A stretch of 64,000 bases of DNA. It comes from an uncultured Nitrososphaeraceae archaeon. GTDB lineage: Archaea; Thermoproteota; Nitrososphaeria; Nitrososphaerales; Nitrososphaeraceae. This document shows positions 11,557 to 22,544 of this stretch, in pieces. The position numbers were made by a program, and so were the translations under genes. The stretch is taken from the NCBI GenBank assembly GCA_963765895.1, contig CAVXZB010000048.1, positions 64,001 to 128,000 of the forward strand. Reading direction: 5' to 3'. Position 1 is the first letter of the stretch. Every line of letters starts with the position of its first letter. The notes under the pieces were generated by a model that was not told the origin of the DNA, ran no database searches, and worked only from the letters and a program-made list of their open reading frames with translations.

Positions 11557-12513
11557 GGCCATGTAGAAATCATCACAAAAATGACAATATTCGTTAGCCT
11601 GTGCATGTTATAGGCTATGCATCTGAATGATAGTTCCCTGTTCTGTGTTTTTACTAGCCTTGAAGAAATATATTCTCCAAATAGTCGTTTTATGACAGAC
11701 ATTATGGTCTCATCCTTGTTTCGTTGATTGTACAATAGTTCGTTATATCCACGTTTCATCTGCTTTCTATATCTGCCATGTGTTCTCCATATCGGTACAT
11801 GTTCATATCGAGCTGGAATAACACTGAATGCATGCAAGGTTTCTCTTACCAACTGATGATTATCTTCATTATCATATCCCTTATCAGCTGTAACTACGGA
11901 TAGTGGTAGAATTTCAGCTATTCTTGTAATGATTGGCTTGAAATCTACATTATCATGTCTTGTAGGAGCTCGTCTTATCCTTATGTTGCAGATAATCTGT
12001 TGTAATACATCAGCTCCAATAGATAATTTCGCATATTTTCTTCTTGCTTCTATTCGTTCATCATAATACTGTGAAGCATGAGTTATTTTAAATCCTGTTG
12101 AATCTATTCCTACAAAGATATGCTTCGTACAGCTAATTACAATGAATGACGAAATTATCTTCTCAAGCAGTGAATTGCTAATTCTGTCTGTCTGTAAACT
12201 TTTGCAATGTTGTAAAATGAGGAATACGTGACAATCGTAGGTACGATCTAAGGTAATGTGCCTCGACTAACCACTCGACAAACATCCTATAACTCTTACC
12301 TTCGGTACTGTCTTATTGTAAGTAATACTAAATGCTGCCATATCATAAATACATGATTGCTCTTTCTGTGAAGAAACAATGGTATCCTTGAATTTCTCAA
12401 GACACGGTACATAGTATTAGCCAGCCTAACATATCTTGATTCTTTCAACATCCATATTGGATCATACGTCTAGAAAGCTCTAACGGTATTCAGAACATGG
12501 TTTCTACAGAGCC
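11557..12513 (-). mobile_element. IS5-family insertion sequence (IS903-like), transposase frameshifted
   Basis: Imperfect TIRs GGCCATGTAGAAAT (11557) and GTTTCTACAGAGCC (ending 12513); 9-bp TSD ATATACCTC at 11548-11556 and 12514-12522; DDE motifs GIDSTG, TADKGYD and YNQRNKDETIMSVIKR. Confidence 0.92.
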
Positions 12514-13605
12514 ATATACCTCAAATTCTTATTATATTAAATTTGTTATCAAATTTTATTATTATTGAGCTTTAATTTCCTCGATTCTTTGTATTTTAGC
12601 GTCATATCAATAAGATGATCGTTTTTCATTTGTAATCTCATAAATCCTGTTAAATCCAAACGCATAAGTCAGATTTTTTTTGCTAGTACATTAATGCTAG
12701 GTTGAAGTTAATTGAATAGGTTCTTTTTTGTTGTTATTGTTTCTCCTCCTTTGTCTGCTTCGTAGCAATTTCCTTATTTCTATTATAACACGAAAAACTC
12801 TTTTAATATTAGATTATATATTGTTTCATCTTATTAGATTTGGGATTAATAAGTTTACAAAAAATAGATCAAAGATGAGATAATATATAGTGATAGGATA
12901 AATAAGGTATTGTAGGCGCCAGTCCTAAATATTGCCTGCCGCATCTTTCAAACGGCTATTTGCCCACCTTGGATCTTCTAGTCCTGTTTATATGTACTTT
13001 AGTCGGCTCTCTTTATCATAAATATCATTAGTTGATAATTCTAATACACTCTCCCCAATTTACTTGTCTGACACTATTCCAATAGAATTCCCTCCTACAG
13101 AAGTAATTTCGCTGCTGCCATTGACTTCAAAACTTGGAGGATGCGACGAGGCGATCAATACAGATCTCTTATCAGTGACCAACTCAAAAACTTGGGTAGA
13201 ATATTTAGATAAGAGTTATGTCATCTCAAGTCTCATCTATTTAAGGTATGATATATCTCTTAATCTCATGTGTAGTTCACAGACGCCATCGAATATTCTC
13301 TCAACAACATCTGTTTATACATTATCTGTGGACCCATCCTCTAAGTTAGAGAATTCTTTAACCTTTCCAGCCAGATCAGATGGATCAATAACGAATGGTA
13401 CTATTTTTGTATATACTGCGGTACATAATCCCAAAGCTCCATCAGCCTATTACTCAGCTATCCAGATTTAGATAAATACATTAGGGGACCATTCAATCCA
13501 CATGGCTAACTGCCAGGTGCACTAGCAGATCGGCAGTGACGTCTGGTCTACTCCTTTCTTTCTTATTTTTGGTATCAAGATGGTTGAGTAGAAACCTATG
13601 CATTT

Positions 13606-13898
13606 AAGAACCCATCAAAAAATAGATAGATAGACATGTAGCTTGATTTTCGTTTAAGTGTGGCTTACAGTAGGATCAAATGGCTTCCAACAGTAAAAGG
13701 AATCCCTTATGAACTGTGGGATGAAACAAAGATGAAACCATTGTCTCGGTCATAAAATGACTGTTTGTAGAGTATCTTATGTCTAGATTGACTAGAACAC
13801 AGAACAGGGAATTAACATTCTGATGCATGACGTACAATATATACAGATATACATAGACTGACTAATCTGATAATATTGATGATGTTTTCTACGTAGCC
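13606..13898 (+). mobile_element. Fused remnants of two IS5-family elements
   Basis: AAGAACCCATCAAAAA resembles the TIR of the 25972 element and is followed by WLPTVKGIPYELWDE; the 3' part reads SRLTRTQNRELTF..HRLTNLII and ends in TTTTCTACGTAGCC like the 11557 element. Confidence 0.6.
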
Positions 13899-14342
13899 GG
13901 TCCATAGGCGTTCTCAAATATACTATAATCAGTATTTGACTGGATTCTGTGCTTAGACGCTCTTCTGCCTGTTATCAAGAAGATACAGCCAAGACTGGCG
14001 GTACATTTATCAGTTTAATCTAATTAGGAGTAAATCATTATATGCAATCACAAGGTCCAAGCTCAGACGATAATATAGATCAGGCTAAAGGAATGTATCT
14101 TCATAATCAATAGCCAATCTCTTTGACTCCATTGGCGGCAAATTGATCAAATTTGAATAATCTTTTCAATTGTTTTATCTACTCTTATTATATAGAATGT
14201 TTTCATAAACAAAACATGCGAATGCAAATTTCTACCATCGTTGGAGCATTATCTATCTCCAAACCAATGGCTCACATTTGAGGTTCCATCTAAGATACTC
14301 CATGATTATCCACAAAAAATGATGACTAGATCTCTGGCCTTT

Positions 14343-14948
14343 CTATCTCCCGTGTTCTAGCGTAGTAGCAGTAGCAGTAGTTGAATTATATGTTCTTCTC
14401 TGATGACCCGATACAGCATATGCAACGCTTTGTATCCCTATTATTAGTAGGCTAATACCTAATATTAGCGTCAAAAGAAATACACCAAATGCTGGGTATG
14501 CAAATACGGTAAAAGATACTGCCAAAGACAAAATACCTACACCTACGAGAAAGCCCTTTGACCATTTTGAAATATTTTTATCCGAGATGCCATGAACAAT
14601 TCTAGCAATTCCTATGAAAAGCAGACCAAGAGCTAGCAAAGTAACTAACACGCCTGTTGTAAACAGAGGAAATGCTAAAACTGCAATTCCTAATAAAGCA
14701 GCTAAAGCACCTAGACCGATATTTCCATATCTAGATGACTTAGGTTGTTGTTCTGATCGTGCAAAGCCTGTAACTAACCTCTCAATTCCTACAACTAGTA
14801 ATGTAATAGAAAGAAGGATAGTTATAGTTGCAATACCAACTCTAGGACTTGAGATAACTGCAAGCGATAGCGCTATGGCAATAGCTCCAAGTACAATTTG
14901 TGAGATTCGAATACCTTTAGTAGATTTCATCGTGGCTTCAGTTTTCAA
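14343..14948 (-). CDS. HdeD/DUF308 family membrane protein
   Basis: Six hydrophobic helices arranged as repeated hairpins, Gly-rich. Confidence 0.8.
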   Translation of the reverse strand: MKTEATMKSTKGIRISQIVLGAIAIALSLAVISSPRVGIATITILLSITLLVVGIERLVTGFARSEQQPKSSRYGNIGLGALAALLGIAVLAFPLFTTGVLVTLLALGLLFIGIARIVHGISDKNISKWSKGFLVGVGILSLAVSFTVFAYPAFGVFLLTLILGISLLIIGIQSVAYAVSGHQRRTYNSTTATATTLEHGR

Positions 14949-15304
14949 AGTTATTCATATGCAAAAATTATGCAACTCCTTGATTATTAACATCATATAA
15001 GTATACGTGACTGTTGTAGTTAAACGTTCCTAATTATTGGTATCAAACCTTCTCAGTTTAACCTGATCTTTGTATCTAGGTCCACATGTTGCTCGCTAGC
15101 AAGATCTTCGTATTAGCTTTAGGTACATAATAAACCGAGTCTGAATGAGAGTAATAAAGTTATAAATTAAAAATTTATTTCTGTGTTGGGACCTATTACA
15201 TTAATTTTATTATTTGATCCATGCTCTAACTAGAAATAATTTTGACAAGAATTAATATGGCTTACTAAAGGTTTAAGATACGCTGCAACTTACTAGGTAC
15301 ACAT

Positions 15305-15817
15305 ATGCTGAAAAAGGAAAAACCTTCCGAATATCTAAAGAGTAACAGAACTAGCATGATAACATTGTTATCTATCGGGTCGTTCTTTGCAATTCTGATC
15401 GCTACTATGCCACTTCAGGCGGTAAATGCACAACTCAATCCTACAACTTTACAAAGTCTCTTAAAAACAGGATATACTAACCAATATGTATTAAGGACAC
15501 AACATGCAGGAGATCTTACAGTCAAATATAGCATTACTGGCGGGACACTAGTCGGAATAGTTCCAAACCCGGAATTAAAAGCAGGAGATATAATCATTAA
15601 TCCTGGAGGTACTGGCGGAATGCTGACTATTCAAATACCTAGATTTGCCCTCGATGCCAAAAATCCACAAGGTCAGGATATATCTTTTAAAGTTACAATA
15701 GACGGCCATGGAGCGAGCTGGAAGCAAATCCAAAGCACAAATACTGATCGAGTATTAGGTATTGCGTTCGGGAATAATAACAGATTCATAGAAATAACTG
15801 GCACACAAGTCGGATAA
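15305..15817 (+). CDS. Secreted protein with the domain seen in thaumarchaeal PEFG-CTERM proteins
   Basis: Signal-like N-terminus; VKYSITGG, LTIQIPRFALDA, FKVTIDG and RVLGIAF..IEITGT. Confidence 0.75.
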   Translation: MLKKEKPSEYLKSNRTSMITLLSIGSFFAILIATMPLQAVNAQLNPTTLQSLLKTGYTNQYVLRTQHAGDLTVKYSITGGTLVGIVPNPELKAGDIIINPGGTGGMLTIQIPRFALDAKNPQGQDISFKVTIDGHGASWKQIQSTNTDRVLGIAFGNNNRFIEITGTQVG

Positions 15818-15899
15818 AGCTTGTTTAACCAGACGAAAGAGAATATCTTTTTTTATTTATTTTAATCAGAAATTGCATCAATTATTAGTTTTATGATAA

Positions 15900-16055
15900 A
15901 TTGTATGTATTTATAACTCAATAACTGATGGTTGGTGCCTTCTCTATATCTCCTGTAACCTATCTGATAGACACAAGTTGATCTGATAGTTGCGCTATAG
16001 CATCATCTTTTACTCTGTCACGCTGTCTTGGCGAATTTTCTTACATTTTCCTACA
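15900..16055 (-). repeat. Dispersed repeat copy 1: coding remnant resembling an integrase C-terminal tail
   Basis: Homologous to 54186-54340 (shared ACACAAGTTGATCTGATAGTTG); translates RQRDRVKDDAIAQLSDQLV.LSDRLQEI. Confidence 0.6.
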
Positions 16056-16059
16056 TTAG

Positions 16060-16428
16060 AAGGAAAGAGAATATAGTAACAAGAAATGTTTTGAATGCAA
16101 GGGTAGTACAGAAGTTGATAGACTGTTAAAAGAACCTATAGATATTTTTGGAGATACTGAGACGTCGAATTGTAAAAACTGTAAAGAAATTTTGCATAAA
16201 CGTGTTAGATGTAATAAAATGACTAAAAGGTCGATGTGGGTATATAACAGTGAAGTACCAGACGAATTCTATGCTGACGCTGCACAAAATGCACTAAATC
16301 TTTTTCAAGCGGTTCTTTCCAGCATAAAAATTAGTCAAGCAATAGCGCATAACGAAGATAAAAGTCAGACTATTAACAGGCATATAACCACTGTCACAGC
16401 AACAATCAAAGTACTAATCGCTTTATAG
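16060..16428 (+). pseudogene. 5'-truncated ORF with two CxxC motifs
   Basis: Frame is open from 16060: KKCFECKG...NCKNCKE, continuing into ORF 16192..16428; no start codon before the upstream stop. Confidence 0.4.
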
Positions 16429-16668
16429 TTGCATCAAATATGAGATTTCTATATAAAGTCTGTCAATGCTCTAGCCCTCGATTTGAGACTTCGTTATTCT
16501 ATACATGTTAACATGATAAACCCATTCAAATAATAAATAATAGAATAAAAAGCCATTTATTAAATGAAATGATAAACCTAAGTAAAAGTACTATATCACT
16601 GATATTGCTATTGTATTCGTAAGATAGATTAGTATAGTAATCTAACTTGTATCTATCTATCTATCTAC

Positions 16669-17055
16669 CTACTTAGCATTTCGGTCACTTTGTATAATAC
16701 CAAACGAAATGCCTTCAGTGTCTTCACATATCGCTAAATATCCAATACCCGGAATGGCCATTTTGGGTCTCACAATCTTGCCTCCTTCCATAGTAATTTT
16801 CTTAGAGAATTCATCTACGGAAGGCACATCAATCGTATTTGTCACTCTGCTACCGGTATTGCCATTACTACCTTGATTCATTTTAGGAGTAAGTCCGCCG
16901 TTTATGCCTGGCTGGCTGTCTTCTCCTGTTTTTACAAGCCAGTATTCTTGAGGGCCATTCCACTTGTTGAACTCCCAACCAAAAACTTCCTTGTAGAATT
17001 TTATTGCTCTTTCCGGCTTATCTGCCACAATTTCAAAATGAATTACTCTTGGCAT
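16669..17055 (-). CDS. VOC/glyoxalase family protein
   Basis: HFEIVADKPERAIKFYKEVFGW, GINGG and DTEGISFGI. Confidence 0.92.
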   Translation of the reverse strand: MPRVIHFEIVADKPERAIKFYKEVFGWEFNKWNGPQEYWLVKTGEDSQPGINGGLTPKMNQGSNGNTGSRVTNTIDVPSVDEFSKKITMEGGKIVRPKMAIPGIGYLAICEDTEGISFGIIQSDRNAK

Positions 17056-17654
17056 AACTATAAAGACCTGGTAGTCAATTATTTAAGTTTGATGATCGAG
17101 CGTGGTCTCATATTAACCATATATTCACACTAAATAATAGAAAGTTTGGAGTAGATATTCAATGATTCGCGAATATTGTCTCATGGAGAAAGAGAAACAA
17201 TAGTTATCTATGTGGAGAGTAGTGGATATACAACAGAATATTTTGGTCTTACTAGAGAGAAAAAATTAGTGAAGATAATTGGAAGACGCTTTAGGTGTAT
17301 TAAAGATGGAAGTTTAGTAATCTCTGGTATTCGGTATTTATGAATAATGACATATTGGATTAAGAGAGATAAAGTCTCATATACTATAAATAGTTGCTTT
17401 TCCATAACGAGAAACGTCTTTTAGTACTAAGGAGAAAATGACAATAAATGAAGTACTCTTACCAACAAGGCTTAGAGTTGCACGATGATATTGCGTAGGT
17501 ATAATCCAGCTGATCTGGATGCAATCGAATACCTTGATCAGCAGCAATTTAGTCGGCTCCACCATCTCCAGTTGGAGATGTTATACTGAAATAGAAATAT
17601 TAATTAATTAATTCTTGATATTTATTCATCTTGTATTAAAATTTTTTGTGATGC

Positions 17655-18059
17655 CTATATGTTATCCTTGATAATTACTTTTGTTCCATCTTTAATTTGA
17701 CTCAATATCTGATCTTTATCAGAATCTATAATTCTCCCTACAATATTCACAGCAGAGTACGCCAATATCATTCCGTTCTTACTTATGGGAGTCGGTCCAA
17801 AGAATAAACATAATGCTTTGCCTTCGGGCCAATAAGCAACATCTAATTTATTAACTTCGATCTTTGCACTGTCTTCTAGTCCTATAGATATCATAGTTCG
17901 ATCAGTATAGAGTTCATCTCCCCATCTATTGATATTAACTTCAATTGGTAGATTCTCAAATATTGCTTTGAAGGTCTTTGGCGCAAGAGAATCATCTAAT
18001 TCTATTCTAATCACTTTATCGTCGAGATCTGGGAATACAACAGCAATAATCTTCCTCAT
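17655..18059 (-). CDS. Cyclophilin-like fold protein
   Basis: NRWGDELY, DVAYWPEGKALCLFFGPTP and SAVNIVG; likely start MRKII at 18059. Confidence 0.85.
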   Translation of the reverse strand: MRKIIAVVFPDLDDKVIRIELDDSLAPKTFKAIFENLPIEVNINRWGDELYTDRTMISIGLEDSAKIEVNKLDVAYWPEGKALCLFFGPTPISKNGMILAYSAVNIVGRIIDSDKDQILSQIKDGTKVIIKDNI

Positions 18060-18278
18060 AACTATATACTGGTGAAGAGATGTAATTGTACTCAAATATA
18101 TCTTATGTCTACATAACTAATGTACTTCTATCTAGCACTGATAACAAAAAATGTTGAATAGTTATAATACTTCAACACATATATGTGACAGCATCTTACT
18201 CGGATGGATTACACTTCTACTATCAGAATTGCATTTATAGATGAAATCTAGATTATGACATAAGTTTACATGTCGTGG

Positions 18279-18581
18279 TTAGTTAATCCTTTCTCCTTCT
18301 TGATTCCAACCACTAAGATCAACCTCAATGAATATTGATTCATTTTTCTTAGCAGCGACAACCCAGCTTTTTAGTTCTAGTTCCCAATTGATTTCATTTT
18401 CATCATCTATTATCTGATCATACGCATCTACAAACCTTGTAAATGATTCATCAACTTTTGTGATAGCCATAAAATTCTCATCTTTCTCTAAACCAATAGC
18501 GAATTCATTTCTGTTTTGATTAGTATAGATGCAAATTAGTGGTTTTCGAATATGAGATTGATTTCTATGATTTGACTTCAT
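18279..18581 (-). CDS. Hypothetical acidic protein
   Basis: 100-aa ATG ORF with natural composition. Confidence 0.6.
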   Translation of the reverse strand: MKSNHRNQSHIRKPLICIYTNQNRNEFAIGLEKDENFMAITKVDESFTRFVDAYDQIIDDENEINWELELKSWVVAAKKNESIFIEVDLSGWNQEGERIN

Positions 18582-19964
18582 TATTATTCCCTTTTTGTTA
18601 CTGTTACTTTATTACTTCTATAGACCAAAATAAAGCTATCATCTCTTCTCTTAGCACCATCCGATATGTAGATCTTTCTGAGATATATTTCTAGAAACAT
18701 CACATTGCAAGAGCGATCGGTAGTTTACGTTATGCTGAAAGATCTGAAAACAAACTGGTTATGTCTTCGTAGTTAAAGTTCAAAAGTGTACAATTATTAT
18801 TTACTAAAACTATGATATATTATTATAAAAATACAATTCTAAAACCCATAGGAAACAGGTCTAATTGTTTGTCTTCAAGCGAAAGGCCAGAAATGTATGA
18901 TGTAATGTATAATGAGCTTAATTGAAAACATCAAATAGTGCCGTAGTATAGTCATCATACTTGCAGTACTCATCGGCTGCTCCGGAGGAAGTTATTCAGC
19001 ATGACAAGGACATTTCTATACTATCAATCTAGCCTATTCCAAATCGTTAAGTTATTATTCTCAAGTTTTGACTTTCGAAATTGATTCTTATTTTTACAGG
19101 ATTCCTAATGTATTTACAGTAAAGAATTGGTCAATGAAGACTACAGACAATTTAGATTAGCTGTTAAATTTCCAAAAATCATAACTCATAAAGATTAAAA
19201 GATGTTGAAAAAAAGATCTGAAATTATTCTTTTCTTCTATAGTTTATCTTGAAGAAAAAAGTTTTAGCATTATTAATACAGCTATCATCCTCGATGGATA
19301 TGGTCGAAGAGTGGACACCTATTAGTTTACTACCAAAATTAATAATAAAACAATTGTGTTATCTAAAATGGCATTAATACACTTCGGTGAACTTTACAAA
19401 ATAAAGGAACAATCATGTTTTGCTGATGCTCGGAAATCTGAGAGATAGACTGTAAGTAGGACCGATTCAATAAAATACTGCGTATGTTAGGAAAATTAAT
19501 CGCACGATTCTTAAATATTCAGGACGAATAGCAATTTAACGCATAGCAAATCGTTTTTTCTTTTTGGAGTCATAAAAGCCTCAACTCGGATTTACTGATT
19601 TATCATATTTGCTCATATTATCAAATTTCGCATTTTTTTAGTTGAAATACAAAAATTAGGTTCAGTAGGTAGTGATGGGAGGATAAGATTAATGGATCTC
19701 CTGTTAACAAAAATACAAATCGGTCACATGAATTGAGTGTAAATCAGATTGCCTCTTTTAGCTCGATGGTGGTCAGAGTCTGTCGAAGTGGCTTACAGAT
19801 CCCTAGTTACATGATATAAAAGTACAAAATTAAGATAGAATAACCATTATCGCTAGTGATTTGTGATTTCTTTTCCTTCGAATAGAAAAAGAATATCCAA
19901 ATAATAGAAAACATTTATCAGAGATAGTAATAGAATGGTCTTTTAGGAATGGTAAATAATAATT

Positions 19965-21035
19965 ATGATGAAAGCCGCAAGGATCATTAAACCAAAGGAA
20001 TCGTTAGAAATACAAGATATTGAGATACCTAACCCCAAAGGGTCACAAGTCCTTGTTAAGATCCAGTCTTCTGGCGTATGTCATAGTGACATACACCTTT
20101 GGCAAGGCGGATACGAAGGTCCAGGAGGACAGTTCTTAAAGACAACTGATAGAGGAGTAACTTATCCACTAACACCTGGACACGAAGTATCTGGAATAGT
20201 AGAAAATATTGGCGAGGAAGTACAACAACAAGGAAGGATACTTAAAAAAGATAAGGTTCTTGTGTATCCTTGGATAGGCGAAGGACTTTGTCCTGCATGC
20301 AGACTAGGTGAAGAGAATCTATGTGACAATCCAAGATCACTAGGAATTTACAAAGATGGTGGATATGCTGAATATATTTTGATACCAAGTTACAGATATC
20401 TTGTAAAGTTACCAGAGCATATTGACATGGACGTAGCAGCAACTTTATCGTGTTCCGCGCTCACAGCATATGGTGCAGTTAAGAATGCTGATATGAAGCC
20501 CTACGATAATGTAGTTATTGTAGGAGCGGGCGGATTAGGTTTAATGGCTATGCAGCTGGCTAAAGCAGTATCTGGAGCAAAGATTATTGCTTTAGATTTA
20601 GATGATAAAAAGCTTAAGGTAGCAAAAGACAATGGTGCAGATGAGATAATCAATACTAATAAAGAGACTGATATTACCAAATCTGTAATGGAATTGACTA
20701 ATAATATGGGTGCAGATGCAGTTGTTGATTTTGTAAATGCGTCAAAAACCGTGGATGCAGATATGAAATTTCTAAGAAGGCGGGCTAAAGTTGTACTCGT
20801 AGGTCTTTTTGGAGGTGAACTGAGACTAAACTTGGTAACAATGCCAACAAGGGCATATAGACTAATTGGCTCCTATACCGGAACTTTAGCTGATATGACT
20901 GAATTGATATCGTTGGCAGATAGAGAAATAATTAAACCGGTAATATCTGATAAGTTTAAACTTAACCAAGCCACAGAAGCATTGTCTAAGTTAAAAGAGG
21001 GCAAAATTATTGGAAGGGGGGTCTTAAATCCGTGA
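19965..21035 (+). CDS. Zinc-dependent alcohol dehydrogenase (MDR family)
   Basis: GVCHSD, GHE, structural Zn site CPACRLGEENLC, and GAGGLG. Confidence 0.95.
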   Translation: MMKAARIIKPKESLEIQDIEIPNPKGSQVLVKIQSSGVCHSDIHLWQGGYEGPGGQFLKTTDRGVTYPLTPGHEVSGIVENIGEEVQQQGRILKKDKVLVYPWIGEGLCPACRLGEENLCDNPRSLGIYKDGGYAEYILIPSYRYLVKLPEHIDMDVAATLSCSALTAYGAVKNADMKPYDNVVIVGAGGLGLMAMQLAKAVSGAKIIALDLDDKKLKVAKDNGADEIINTNKETDITKSVMELTNNMGADAVVDFVNASKTVDADMKFLRRRAKVVLVGLFGGELRLNLVTMPTRAYRLIGSYTGTLADMTELISLADREIIKPVISDKFKLNQATEALSKLKEGKIIGRGVLNP

Positions 21036-22489
21036 GATCTACTAACGAAAATATTCATAATAATGATAACAAAGAAGAAATACAAAATAATAGAAAATCA
21101 AAACTACAGACAATAAATCCTACAACAGAACAAGTTCTCAAAGAATATGAAATAATGAGCAAAGAACAGATAGACGACTCAATAAAAAAGGCAAGAAATG
21201 CATTCTTAGAATGGAAGAGAAATATTGATAAAAGATCAGATTTTCTTTATGCATTTGCAAAAGAGCTTAGAAAGAATAAAGAAAAACTTGCTAAAACAGC
21301 TACAGAGGAGATGGGAAAAGCAATAAAGGAATCAAGATCAGAAATAGAAAAATGTGCATGGGTAATAGAGTATTACGCGGATAATGGAAAAATTTTTTCA
21401 ACCGCTGAAGTTGTTAATACAGATGCAAGAAAAAGTACCATATCATTTGAGCCCATTGGAGTCATAGGTAGCATAATGCCATGGAATTTTCCATATTGGC
21501 AGGGAATAAGGTTTGCAGCTCCGTCATTGATGGTTGGAAACACTATTGTACTAAAACCAGCTAGTGCAACAATGCAATGTGGAATTGAGATTGAGAATAC
21601 TTTTCATAAGGCTGGAGTACCAGAAGGTGTTTTTCAAACGTTAACTGGAGACTCAACCATTGCAGAGACTCTTATCGATTCTAAGGGTATTAATGCCGTA
21701 ACGTTTACAGGCAGCGTACCTATTGGCGCAAAAGTTGCACAGAGAGCCACGTCACAACTAAAGAAGACTGTACTTGAGCTAGGAGGAAGCGATCCATTCA
21801 TAGTATGCGAGGATGCAGATATTGAAAAAGCTACAACTGGGGCGGTTAAAGGGAGGTTCATTAATTGTGGACAGAGCTGCATAGCATCTAAAAGGTTTAT
21901 TGTAGATAAAAGAATAGCAGACCAGTTTACTGAGAAGTTTGTTCAGAAGGCTGAAAAACTTAGAGTGGATAATCCATTGCTGGAGGATACAGATATGGGG
22001 CCGGTTGTTAATGCTAAATCTCTTGAGAATATAGATAGGATTGTAAAGGTATCTATAAAAGAAGGAGCGGAATTGCTTACAGGTGGGGAGAAAGTAAAAG
22101 ATAAAGGATATTTTTATCGTCCAACTATTCTCAAGAAAGTATTACCTAAAATGGAAATAGTACAAGAAGAAGTATTTGGGCCGGTTGCACCAATAATTGT
22201 CACTAATGATGAAAAGGAAGCTATAAAGGTTGCAAATGATTCCAAATTTGGCCTTGGTGCAAGTATATGGACACAAGATCTTGAAAAGGCAGAAAAATTA
22301 TCTGCGATGATGGAATCTGGAATCGTCACCGTAAATAATATGGTAGTATCTGATCCAAGAGTTCCATTCGGTGGCGTCAAGAAAAGTGGATTTGGTAGAG
22401 AATTATCAAGATATGGTATGCTGGAATTTGTAAATATAAAATCAATTCGACTTTACGACCAACTTCTCTATAATCATCATGTAGAATAA
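21032..22489 (+). CDS. NAD(P)-dependent aldehyde dehydrogenase (succinate-semialdehyde dehydrogenase-like)
   Basis: PWNFP, FTGS, LELGGSDP, catalytic GQSC, EEVFGP and PFGGVKKSGFGRE; overlaps the ADH stop (GTGA). Confidence 0.95.
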   Translation: MRSTNENIHNNDNKEEIQNNRKSKLQTINPTTEQVLKEYEIMSKEQIDDSIKKARNAFLEWKRNIDKRSDFLYAFAKELRKNKEKLAKTATEEMGKAIKESRSEIEKCAWVIEYYADNGKIFSTAEVVNTDARKSTISFEPIGVIGSIMPWNFPYWQGIRFAAPSLMVGNTIVLKPASATMQCGIEIENTFHKAGVPEGVFQTLTGDSTIAETLIDSKGINAVTFTGSVPIGAKVAQRATSQLKKTVLELGGSDPFIVCEDADIEKATTGAVKGRFINCGQSCIASKRFIVDKRIADQFTEKFVQKAEKLRVDNPLLEDTDMGPVVNAKSLENIDRIVKVSIKEGAELLTGGEKVKDKGYFYRPTILKKVLPKMEIVQEEVFGPVAPIIVTNDEKEAIKVANDSKFGLGASIWTQDLEKAEKLSAMMESGIVTVNNMVVSDPRVPFGGVKKSGFGRELSRYGMLEFVNIKSIRLYDQLLYNHHVE

Positions 22490-22517
22490 AAATAATCAAT
22501 AAAAGTAGACGAATACC

Positions 22518-22544
22518 ATAAATAAATAAATAAATAAATAAATG
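22518..22544. repeat. (TAAA)n microsatellite directly before the patatin start
   Basis: About 6 tandem TAAA units. Confidence 0.8.

Noticed and set aside
13064-13471. 135-aa plus-strand ORF
   Set aside because: Looks like the antisense shadow of a stop-riddled minus-strand remnant; no recognisable family
16650-16668. (TATC)n tract after the VOC gene
   Set aside because: Short simple microsatellite with no evident function
17176-17590. Short ORFs on both strands and hairpin CATCTCCAGTTGGAGATG
   Set aside because: No recognisable family; probably a decayed gene with a chance hairpin
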